NCBI GenBank assembly: GCA_000708835.1
Contig: DF236986.1
Span: forward strand, 124,001-188,000
From: Klebsormidium nitens
Lineage: Eukaryota > Plantae > Klebsormidiophyceae
Length of the DNA: 64,000 nt
Direction of reading: 5' to 3'
The first letter of the stretch is position 1. The number at the start of each line of letters is the position of its first letter. A program made the position numbers and the translations under genes. Shown here piece by piece: positions 49,601 through 59,251 of the stretch. The notes under the pieces were generated by a model. The model worked only from the letters and a program-made list of their open reading frames with translations, did no database searches and had not been told where the DNA came from.

Positions 49601-52600
49601 CCTCTTCGATCTGCTGCGCCAGCTCGCGCGTGGGCGCCATGATGAGCGCGTATGGCCCGAGCGCCTCGTTCTCCTCTGTCAGCGGGGGGAGCTTGCTGAT
49701 GTACACCAGCATGGGCAGCACGAAAGCAGCCGTCTTGCCAGAACCTGCAACCACAACCACAAACACTTACAGTCAACCATTGTGACAAGTATGCGGATAC
49801 TACAATGCTGAATTATTAGGACGAAGCGTGATGAGTAGCAAGATTGCCGGCCTGAAACGAGTAGGCTTAATCCTGGATTCGGAGTGGGAATGACTATGTA
49901 GCAAGCGACCGCAAACGTTATGGTTTCAGCGTTAGGTTGTGAGCTTAACCATCCTGAAGCTCATCAACCGAGACTCGAAGAGCTATGCAAAGTTAAACCA
50001 CGCAGAGGAGAGTCACTACACGAAGCCACACATGAAATCCTCATGCAATAAGGCGGGAGAGAGACGTCAAAAGCTGCTGATTCACAACGACTGTCCAGAT
50101 CAAAGCTGCCAGTGGATTGCCAACAGCAACGCTTGGAGCATTCTGACTCTAAGGAAAGATATTCGAACTCCAAGTCAAGGACATAAAACCAACAAACCAA
50201 GAAACGACGCACCTGTCTCGGCGATGCCAATGACGTCACGCTGTTGCAGCCCGAGCGGGATGGCGGCCATCTGGATGGGCGACGGCTTCGTGTAGCCGGC
50301 CTTCTCCACCGCTTGGAGCACCTCCTTGGTGAGCCCGCTCTCGTCCCAGTTGCGCATCGGCTTCGGGATGTTGGAGCCCTGTGCAGAAAGGCAGGTTTGT
50401 CAATCCGCTAATCTACAAAACAATTGAGAAAAAGGTAGACTACTTTCAAGGATTGCTCTTCTTGCAGTTGCAGTCTTGATCAGCACGCTCTCGTCCCAGT
50501 TGCGCATCAGCTCCGGAATGTTGGAGCCCTGTGGATAAGAGAGTGTGCTAAGTGTTTGTTGGCGTATCCCAAGAACTGTAGTTTGTGATAAGCATAATAT
50601 AGTCGAAACCGCAAAGTCAGAAGCTACTAACGGTGGTAATCTAATTGAAGCGCTCTATGACGTGTTGACCGAAACCATAGGGCCACACTGCGATGTAAAG
50701 TTGCACCTTGCTTGGGCACCGACTCTCGTTGATCCTTCTACATAAGCTTGCACTCTTGCGGGTACAAATCCGAAAACTTTTGCTCGTGTGTCTAATTGAC
50801 CATACAATTTGAAGGGAGACGTTCCGTTTAGCTCAATCAGAAAGGGAGAATACATTTCTCCGTGCCGAGACCACTGAAAAGTTTCTGCATGTTTTCCACG
50901 GCAATTGTAGATCAGCTCGTTTGGGACTGAGTACGCGAGGCAGAAGGGGTGACAAGGCTGGAGTGTGTGAGAAAGGGGGGTAAGCAAAGTAGAGGAGAGG
51001 GCGGCGCACATACCTTGAAAGAGATGTTGAAGTCCTCTCGGAAGATACGCCAGTCGCGCTCCGTCATTTGCGACAACTGCAGACACACGAGCGAGAACAT
51101 CTCAGCCTATGAGCAGCAAACCGCGTCAGAGTTTGCAGCGCGCTAACAGCGCCCCTCGTAACCACCTCAGGCCAACGCATCACTGAGCTCGCGCACCTTG
51201 ATGAGCTGCAAATAAGCTCTCTATTTAAAGATCTATTTGAAGACAATTATGAGGACTATTTTGCAGATCTATTTGGAGACTAATATGTAGACGAAGCGGG
51301 CAAACCTCTTTCTGTACTTATTCGCACCCCGAACGACCAAGAATCGTTTGGCGATATTGGCAGCTCACAATCAACAACCTTAAATAGAGAGCTTCCGTCA
51401 AGCATCCCCCTATCCCCACACCTCCTTAACCATCTGCACGCACCTTCTTCTGCGTCCAGTGCGCGTCGACGCGCATGTCGAACGACGAGTTGTACTCGTC
51501 GGCAGCGCGCGCCTTGCGTGCGTCCGACGCCCGTTCCTCCTCCGTCTGCACCTCGCCCGTCTCTTTCCGACGTTGCGCAAACAGCTCCTTCTCTTGCTGG
51601 GCGGCCGCCTGAGATGGGTTAAGCAGAGTCGGGTTAGCAAAGAGTCACGTGGACTCTCCGCGACGTGTGTTCAACACGTGCTTTTCCGGCGCTGCGCAAA
51701 CAGCTCCTTCTCTTGCTGGGCGGCCGCCTGAGACGGGTTCAGTGATACATACTTCCGGACAGTCGATTAACTTTTTCGCGGATGTTTCGTGACGTGCTCT
51801 CTCCAGCGCCGCGCAAACAACTCCTCACCTCGCTGAGCGGCCGTGAGATGGGAGGATGATGATCGAGTTGACGGAGGTTTCAATTTAGCTACTCGTAAGC
51901 CTGTGTCATAATATAACTCTCGTAGGGTCTGCCAACTCCTGCTTTTTCCACAGAATGGATTCGAATGTACCCGGAAAGTCGGTCTTATAGCTGCGGGATT
52001 CTTCTGTTTGAAATCGGCAAATGCTGAGGGCTCCCTGTCCTGGTATTTGAGTCAGACTTTACGAGTCTATTTGGCGGTTGACAGGCAGGCACATTTCTTG
52101 TTTGCGCTGAGCATCGAGTACAAAATGTGAGGGTCGCTCACCATTGAACGTCGTGCACGACTTCCAGACGCTGGAGTCACTCACGACCAGCATAAGGGCG
52201 GGAGAAACACAAGTATGCTGACAGACAGAAACTCTCAACCACAAACGTCCCGTTTGACAATTATAACCGGACCCCAAAACTTTCTGGCACGACTTGCTTC
52301 CAGAACCCAGCAAGTTGGACTTCAGATCCAGTCTCTTTCGTGAAGTAAAGCTCAACCGGACCTCGGAGTCCGCATTCAACTGAAAGGTCGAATACTTCCA
52401 CCTGATAAGAATGGTTTTTTAATCACCTAAAAGGTCAAGTACTTCAACTTAAAGGAAATGTGCGCTTACCTTCTTCTGCACCCTGACGTCAATCCCCGCC
52501 TTGAGGCCTCTCCCGAACAGCAGCTGCGCCTCGTGAGGGTTGTTGTATATCGGGTTGAGGTCGCGCGACGTGTCCTCGCCCGCCTCCCAGTCGAACGCAA

Positions 52601-55600
52601 ACTTAAACTTGTCGCTCGGGCGGATTACGCGCTTCTTCTTCTTGGCCAGCCCGAGGTACTGGACAAAAAGAACACTTGTTTGGGCACAAGACAGAGAATT
52701 GGCAAGCTTCTCCGGTCTTGTCTTGGAGAGAGCAAGACCGTCTCTAAGATGACCTCAAATAACGATCGACCGGATTCTGGATCGACTTGGAAACTTGATT
52801 CAGGGCAAGGACGCGCGGAGAGACTCCACTGGCGAAGACGCCAGGTAAGACGCTCAACACAAGGCAATCTGAAAGCCTCTCAAGGTAAACCCGTTGCGTT
52901 TTCCCAGTCAACACGATGCGGAAAGCTTTCGTCCACCCACCTGTTCTTTGATGGCCTCCAGTTCCTTCTCCTTCTCCTTCTGCGCGTTCCGCTCCTTCCT
53001 CTCTCGATCCCTCTCCTCCGCAGTCATCCGATCGTCCCCACGGCCTCGGTCCCGGTCCCGGTCCCTGTCGCGCCGGTCTCGGTCCCGCTCTCGTTCTCGA
53101 TCACGCTCGCGGTCCCTCTCGCGTTCCCGTTCCTTTTCCCTTTCGCGGTCGCGTTCGCGATCTCTGTCGCGGTCCCTGTCACGATCTGCACAGGAAGGAC
53201 GACATGATAAACATACGGAACGAGTGCTTTGTGGGGTAGGATATGGGAAACATTGTCTCACCATGTGCGGATGAAATCTGTGTTTGGATCTTGTTACCTC
53301 CTGACGACATTCTCTTTCGCCGCTTCTTGGTGCGGAAGGATCCCAACTCTGATCCTCGTCGTTTCCGCAACAACGCTCTTATCGGGATCACTCCGAACTT
53401 TCGAACTAGGCGCCGCCTACCACCAGGTCGCCTTCTCTTTTTCTTAAACCTTTTGTCCTAGTTCGCAGCGAAAATTTGAAACTCAGACAGTTGACACGAT
53501 CTGACTCTCAATGGAAACAACCAGAAGCTTTCTTGATGGAAATAATCTCTTTGAACGTGGCAATAAATCCACAACTTGGAAGCAAGCAAGTATTACACAC
53601 GGGCGTATAGAGCTGCACAAGGGGCCAAGTCCAGAGCACAACACTCCGACTGGTCGATCGACTCAAGCACGACTTGGACAAAAAGGAAATAGCTGATCCT
53701 AATTGGAAAGCCGTCAGAAGACCAGTACCAAGTACGCACAAAATAAACACGATGTCTAACCTGATTGAGCATCCTTTCCCCCTGCGACAGCGGCAGGGGG
53801 CCCAAACAGAGCCTTCCGTTGCTCCTCGACCTTTTGCCTTTGCAGTGCCGCCTCCTCCTCGCGCCGCTTCATTGCGAGCTCCTCACGCTGCTTCTTGGTA
53901 AGGAACTTTGGCTGCAGAAAGAACATACAGTCGCGTCTTGTAATCCTTCTCTCGCTCAGAATGTAAGGTGATCGACATGGTCACAACTAAGAGATGGCTT
54001 CAAGTTCTGTAGAGGAACTGCGACCAGTTCACATGTGATGGAAAAACCACCTGTGGTGTGGCGCTTCAGAGGAGGTGGTAATTATCAAATCCAGCCAGGA
54101 CCTGTAATGTTGAACAATTTGTCAAGCCTGCGAGCACCTGAAAGAACTTCAGGATCCATGCCATATCTAACTACCAGTCGCACAATATGCGCCACAAAAG
54201 AAGCATACATCCAAAGCTTACGGCCTGCATGAAATCCGCTGAGAGAGCAACCCACACGAAATTGTGTTAGAGGTTGAGCTGAGTGTGCTTTAGAGCGGTG
54301 GTGCAACAGCTGCGGCCCCTACCTGCTTGAAGGGGAGAACTTGTTCAACCAAAGTGTGTGCGCTCTTACCTTTGCCAGTTCGGCTGCCTCCTGCTGGCGC
54401 TTCTTGAGCAGGTCCTCCAGAGACAGTGGCTGCACAGAACATGAGACTGAGTCATAATTGGTGTGAATCTTATTTTTGAATTGAGTCACTGGAAAAGTAG
54501 CCCCGCCTCGTCAGGGCGTCAGAAACAAGAGAAGCAGCACTTACTCTCAGGACACTACCAATATGCCATCCTCAACAAGATCCACATGTCTGCATTTGGC
54601 TGCATATTGGTCGGAGGTGTTTCGATGCTTTGAACAATCACCAAAAAGTCCAAGGGATGCTCGGCATTAAGCAAGAAGCGGTATTTTGGAAACAGATAGC
54701 TTTTAGACAGGGAGTCTCACCTCCACCTTCTTCACGTCCTTCTTATCATCTTTCTCATCAATCATATCCTCCTCCTTCACAGCCGCTCCTTTCCCCACCT
54801 CTTCCAGTTTGACATCCTTCATTTCTTCAATTTCCATCTTGACCTTCTTTCGATCCTGATCCTCAGCTTCCGAGTCCCGCCCCCGCTTCTCCCGCCTGTC
54901 CCTGCTCGGACTCCGGCTCCGCCGATCCTTCCTCCTGTCACCATCCTCGTCCTTTCTCCTTTCCCTCTCCCGCTCCCTCGGCTTCTCACTGTCTTCTCTT
55001 CTTCTTTCCCTGTCTTCCCTATCTCTTGGCTTCTCACTCGCTTCTCGCCTCCTCTCCTTCTCTTTCTCCCGGTCATCCCGATCTCTTGGTTTCTCGCTGG
55101 TCTCCCTTCGCCTCTCCCTATCTCTCTCTCTTTCCCTTGGCTCTTTGCTTGCCTCGCTCCGCTTCTCCCTCGCCTTCTCCCTCTCGCGGTCCTTCTCGCG
55201 ATCCCTTTCTTTCCCCCTGTCTCGTTCGCGATCCCGATCTTTGTGACGATCCTTCTCTCGATCCCGTACCTTGTCTCCATCTCTAGTTTTCTCCCTGTCA
55301 CGATCCCTTTCCCTGTCTCTCTCCCTCTCTTTGGTTGAATCCTTCTCCCTGTACCTATCGCCGTCCCGTTTTCTTCCCAGGTCCAATGACTTCTCTTTTC
55401 TCTCCCTGTCGCGATCGTTATCCCTGTGCTCCTTCCTCTCTTTCTCTGCACGATCACCGGGACTCGTGCTCCGCCGGCTGTCTCTTGAGCGGCCTCGCTC
55501 CTTCTCAACATCCCTAGCACCGTTTTTATCTGAGTGCCTCTCAGAGCTTTTATCGCGTCTTCTCGGAGGCGGTGGCGGGGGCGGCGGCAAGTCCTCCGCT

Positions 55601-55722
55601 ATCTCCCCATCTTCAGGCGCATCATCGTACTGCGCCAAACCCCGCAACCCATTCAGCGCGCCGTTGTGGGGAATTTCGCCATCTTCAGGAGCGAAGCGAT
55701 CGTCAAAACCCTCACGCCCCAT
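43650..55722 (-). CDS. PRP28: DEAD-box RNA helicase PRP28/DDX23 (U5-100K). Exons 55722-54721, 54429-54370, 53911-53761, 53185-52941, 52658-52470, 51608-51444, 51076-51014, 50378-50213, 49744-49575, 48453-48253, 47648-47589, 46735-46545, 45558-45327, 44729-44666, 44296-44141, plus an uncertain terminal exon (near 44064 and/or 43727-43650)
   Basis: RD/RE-rich N-terminus; PRP28 signatures [12 protein letters not shown] and [16 protein letters not shown]; Q motif PSPIQ; motif I AETGSGKT; [10 protein letters not shown]; TPGR; [16 protein letters not shown]; FSAT; [14 protein letters not shown]; YTHRIGRTGRAG. Phases are consistent through exon 15. The 3' end is unresolved. Confidence 0.95.
45559..47050 (-). 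repeat. Junction copies around PRP28 exons 12 and 13: one acceptor copy of exon 13, two donor copies and two acceptor copies of exon 12
   Basis: Exon 13 start copied at 45702 (offset 144). Exon 12 end plus GTGAG donor copied at 46395 and 46252. Exon 12 start (cag|GAGCTGGAGGGCGACAAGCT) copied at 46882 and 47025 (offsets 147 and 143), with a shared intronic tail agtgacgtcagca on the plus strand. Confidence 0.88.
46495..46514. other. Assembly gap (20 N) inside a PRP28 intron
   Basis: Run of N at 46495-46514, between the exon 12 donor and its first copy. Confidence 1.
48454..49574 (-). repeat. PRP28 intron 9, largely filled by four copies of the exon 9 end plus donor and one or two copies of the exon 10 acceptor plus start
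   Basis: GTCAAGTTTGCGTCCTTCATG|GT copies end at 49397 (GTGAGG), 49234 (GCAAGG), about 49080 (very degenerate) and 48891 (GTTTGG). cag|GACTTCCGCGTCACTTC is copied at 48593 (about 80 nt, high identity) and weakly at about 48795-48826. Confidence 0.9.
50379..50545 (-). repeat. Copy of the acceptor plus first ~55 nt of PRP28 exon 8
   Basis: cag|GGCTCCAACATTCCGGAGCTGATGCGCAACTGGGACGAGAGC at 50528, versus the real GGCTCCAACATCCCGAAGCCGATGCGCAACTGGGACGAGAGC at 50378. Offset 150. Confidence 0.9.
51609..51855 (-). repeat. Two copies of the acceptor plus start of PRP28 exon 6
   Basis: ctcag|GCGGCCGCCCAGCAAGAGAAGGAGCTGTTTGCGCA at 51727 (offset 119) and a more decayed copy at about 51845-51790 whose AG is lost. 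Confidence 0.88.
54840..55560 (-). repeat. Low-complexity RD/RE/RK mixed-charge coding repeat in PRP28 exon 1 (a second tract lies at 52960-53185 in exon 4)
   Basis: Translations such as [39 protein letters not shown] and [26 protein letters not shown]. The plus strand is a CT-rich tract. Confidence 0.9.
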
Positions 55723-56570
55723 CCCCAGGCACAACTAATGAGCGACTTTTAACAATTTCTTCCTGGATATCAGATTCCGACTCGAACCACTTGCAATAAG
55801 ACAACTTAGCCGCTCAAGGTTAATTTGAGTCGCAGCCAATCCCCAATTGAGCAGTCCTGCCTTTTAAGATGATTACATTCTTGTATGTTCAACGCAGCTG
55901 CATGCTGCGCTTGTACAATCCTACGCACCGCCAAAAGCACCCTGCGCCCCTGCTGCCAGTGCAGGTCTCAGTTTTGTTCACCTGAAATGTCAGTGTGTGC
56001 CGCCTGGTAGCCATCACAAGGTAGCCATCACCTAGGCCACAGGCCCACAGCCACACATGGGCAGGGTCCGGCGTTCCAAGTCTAGTTGCCATATACTATT
56101 ACCGGGTAGGATATGTACCGGGACGGTGAGTCCGACTGAGTCCGATCAGTGAAGATTAGCGGCCAGGTGGCATGTTTCGACTGGGTCCGGGGTCCGGGGC
56201 AGTTGTTCATGATTTGGCCACAACTGCAGACGCATCTCGTTCTAGTTCCTCGTTTAAGGTACCGGTAGCTTGAAGCTGCATGGGCCATGGCGTCAGAGAA
56301 TCTGCCCTTCAACTCGATCAGAGAAAAGTTTCGAAAGCGGAAACTCAGAAAGTGAAGGCGCTCGAATGCAAGGCGTATTGTTAGTGGCGGTGGGGAAATC
56401 GTACTGAGCAGCTCTGCGACTAGGGTCGATTGTCCCAATCTAAACCTGTTGCAACAGCAGCTGGGGTCGGAACATGTGCTCAAGATAGGCGCCGGTAGGC
56501 TGCTCAGGTTTTGGCTGCAACGTTAAAGAAATTAGAAGAATACATCAGACCTGCCCTGTCTTAAGTCGAG

Positions 56571-57248
56571 ATGGCAATTCCAGCCTCATACCCGGTTGCT
56601 GATCCTGCACCGGGGTTCTGGAAAGCTGTCGGCAACTTTGATGTTAATGACTATTTGAAGATGACAGGTCTGACGGCCATCTCCCTCCCTTTTGGTTATG
56701 CAGCAGGTAAGATGCTAATCTGCCGAGACTTGTTCCACTGCTGTTCTTGTCAATGTCATGCAGGTTTCTGATGGCCGGTTGTCAATGACCGAGGGGTTTG
56801 AATATCTGCATAGTAGATGAATGTTCCTGAAGATCAGGTGTGTTGGTGGAGCCAGCACTTGCGCTATCATTTAGCTTTCCTGGCATAACAGCAAATTATC
56901 TCAAAGTCTCGTTTCCAAGTTCAGTCCGCAAACAAGTATTCCGTGGATTGCGGTCACCATAATGGAATGATTGGATGCAAAGAGAGTGGACGTTTGGGAG
57001 GCGCTGGTTTGTAACCCCTTAGACATATGGAGCTAGCTTTAAGCATGAAGGTTGAGATGCCCGTGTTGGCTGAACTGCTTGCTTTCGATCGTGCAGGCAA
57101 CACTCCGGGAGCCAGAATAGCTGGTCCTTCTATGTACGTTGCTGGGATGATTGGTTTGTTCGGGGGTTTCTGCCTTGCATACCAATCATCAACAGGCAGG
57201 TTGATGGGTTTGATTCCAAACGAGAAGGAAGCTTCTGTAAAGCGATGA
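56571..57248 (+). CDS. Mitochondrial complex I 20.9 kDa-type accessory subunit (NUXM/MNLL-like, 95 aa). Exons 56571-56706, 57097-57248
   Basis: YPVADPAPGFWKAVGNFDVNDYLKMTGLTAISLPFGYAAG...GPSMYVAGMIGLFGGFCLAYQSSTGRLMGLIPNE matches my recollection of the plant 20.9 kDa subunit (YPVVDRNP..KVVGNF..DYL; GGF.YAYQNSAGRLMGF.PN). Phase-1 GT-AG intron. Confidence 0.9.
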
Positions 57249-58153
57249 GACACTTCTTTCTTCTCTTTTTTTCAAGCGATGAAGTCACTGGTTGTCTCCT
57301 GTCCGGCTGCGAGGCTTGGCGTTCTTCCACATTGGGTGCACTGATATCTGGAACACACTTAAACACTGCCTTGTAAGGTTGAGTGAGATTTTAATTGGAG
57401 ATCTGACAGTCTCACAACGCATTGGAAGCTGACGCGACCTGGTGAATCTAGCTCTCTATAATTATTAGAGCGCCCTGCCCGGGCTCAAATCTGAGCATCA
57501 AACATCTTCCTCAAGTGACTAGTGTGACCTGGATGGTCGCACTGCAGTCAGCCCCACTTCGGTGGGAGTTTGAATCTTAATATTTTCAAAGCACCACGTG
57601 TGATCACAGTTGCGACCTTGTGTAAGGCGTACATGTTGCAATTGCTCAGCAAAGAGGCTCTAACATCCATGGTCGGTCGGTCAAGTCCACTCAAACATGG
57701 TTACTGGTTCTCATAATGACTGTCGGTTTATTTGGTCAACCAAAGCAGATCCGAGCATCCCTGACTGCATTGCACAAAGATCAAACCTTTTCTCGGAGGC
57801 ATATAATACATAAACCAGATTTAAAACCAGATCAACCATCAGCTTGAAGTCCACCAGCTATAAGGCCAAACATGTTCATATGCATACGCGTGCATTCTTG
57901 ATTGCGACAAGGCCATACGTCATGTATACAAAGTAGGGTGTGATTCAATCTTCGGCGGAGAGGAGCATCGTTATAGTGCCAAGAAGGCCCACGCCAATCG
58001 TTGTACATGCCGCAATTTCGATATGCCGCGCCACTTGTCTAAATGTATTCATGACATGTATGTAAAACGTACTTAAACCGATCAGATCATCACTACATTT
58101 TTTCACTAGATCATGTCACTGTGTGTGCGCGTACATGTTACATACCAGTACTA

Positions 58154-58366
58154 GGCATCGTGTCAAAACATGTCAGTGCAGGGGCGTCCGGAACTCCGAA
58201 AATAAAACCGGCCACCAGCCCCCCCCTCCCCTCTCGATGCCCGGTTTTACCTAGGGGTAAATTTGCCCCTAGATGTTGGCCCCACCGGCCACTAGCCCCC
58301 CCCCAACGAGGGCCAATTTTCGGAGTTCCGCGAACGCCCTTGCCCATATGTTCTGACACGATGCCC
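58154..58366. mobile_element. MITE-like foldback element (213 bp) with about 55-bp imperfect TIRs and a TA target-site duplication
   Basis: The left end TA|GGCATCGTGTCAAAACATG...GGGCGTCCGGAACTCCGAAAAT pairs with the reverse complement of the right end, TA|GGGCATCGTGTCAGAACATATG...GGGCGTTCGCGGAACTCCGAAAAT. A central hairpin CTAGGGGTAAATTTGCCCCTAG is present. The reconstructed empty site TACTAGTA is palindromic. Confidence 0.82.
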
Positions 58367-59251
58367 TAGTAGTAGTAGTATGTACCATGTGCACTGATGT
58401 CACATGATATACATATGGATTGGTTGATCCGGCTGCATGGCGCGATCCTTTCAAACACACATGTGAGTGACCGTCTAGCAGTTCGTAATATATGGATTTA
58501 AGAATTTGACACGCATACGCGTTGGTACTGGATCATTGGATCCCACATGTGCGGCCGCCAGACTCAGCCTGCCACATGTGCATGACAAGAACGTATTGTA
58601 TATGGACGGTACCGCGTGACACCTATATATGGATGAGCACATTGCCAAATTATAAGGAGTACCACGCATGTGTGCATAATGTCTAACAGATTGAATCGTT
58701 GCGGTATGCATGTGGACAATCGACTTCGTTGATCGACCTTCAGCAAATCAAGCTCCAGCAGACATTAATGAATATTGCTACTTAGTTCCCAGACATCTCA
58801 TTGTCAGCGTCAATATGGTTCACGGGACCAATACTTGACACCTAAGTGCCCCAGGACTACAAGTCTTTCACAACCTTTCATCCTCCTTGATCATGACTTT
58901 AAGCGTGCGACTGCATGTAGATCTTTCAAGCTACATATAGGAGGGCTAACTTGTGTACATTTCGACGAATGAGCGGTGATCGAGTGGGTAAAATCTACTC
59001 TGCCTCCACTTCAGGGCCACGCTCTCGAACTCTTGAGCCATCTATAGAATGAAGAACCACGTTTCTGTATGCCCGCCAAGCTTACCGACCAGGACCCCAA
59101 AAAATTCTAGTCACTCGCTTTACCGTACAATTCCGAGACGTATCAGCTAGCTTTACAGAGCGGGGCAGCTCGACACACTGCACCCGGATGCACGTTCAGC
59201 GCATGTTTATGTAGCTGTGCATAATGAAGAACCAGGGGTCTGGGCCGCTTG

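Noticed and set aside
905-51855. Junction copies as assembly artefacts or as mutually exclusive exons
   Set aside because: Copies differ from the true exons and from each other by many substitutions and indels, which mis-assembly would not produce. They cover only one end of the exon and run into stops or frameshifts, unlike mutually exclusive exons. One N gap (46495-46514) means the local copy number there is uncertain.
58380-58760. Recurring ATATGGA and CACATGTG words beside the second MITE
   Set aside because: Only 7-10 bp matches at irregular spacing; this cannot be distinguished from compositional bias by eye.
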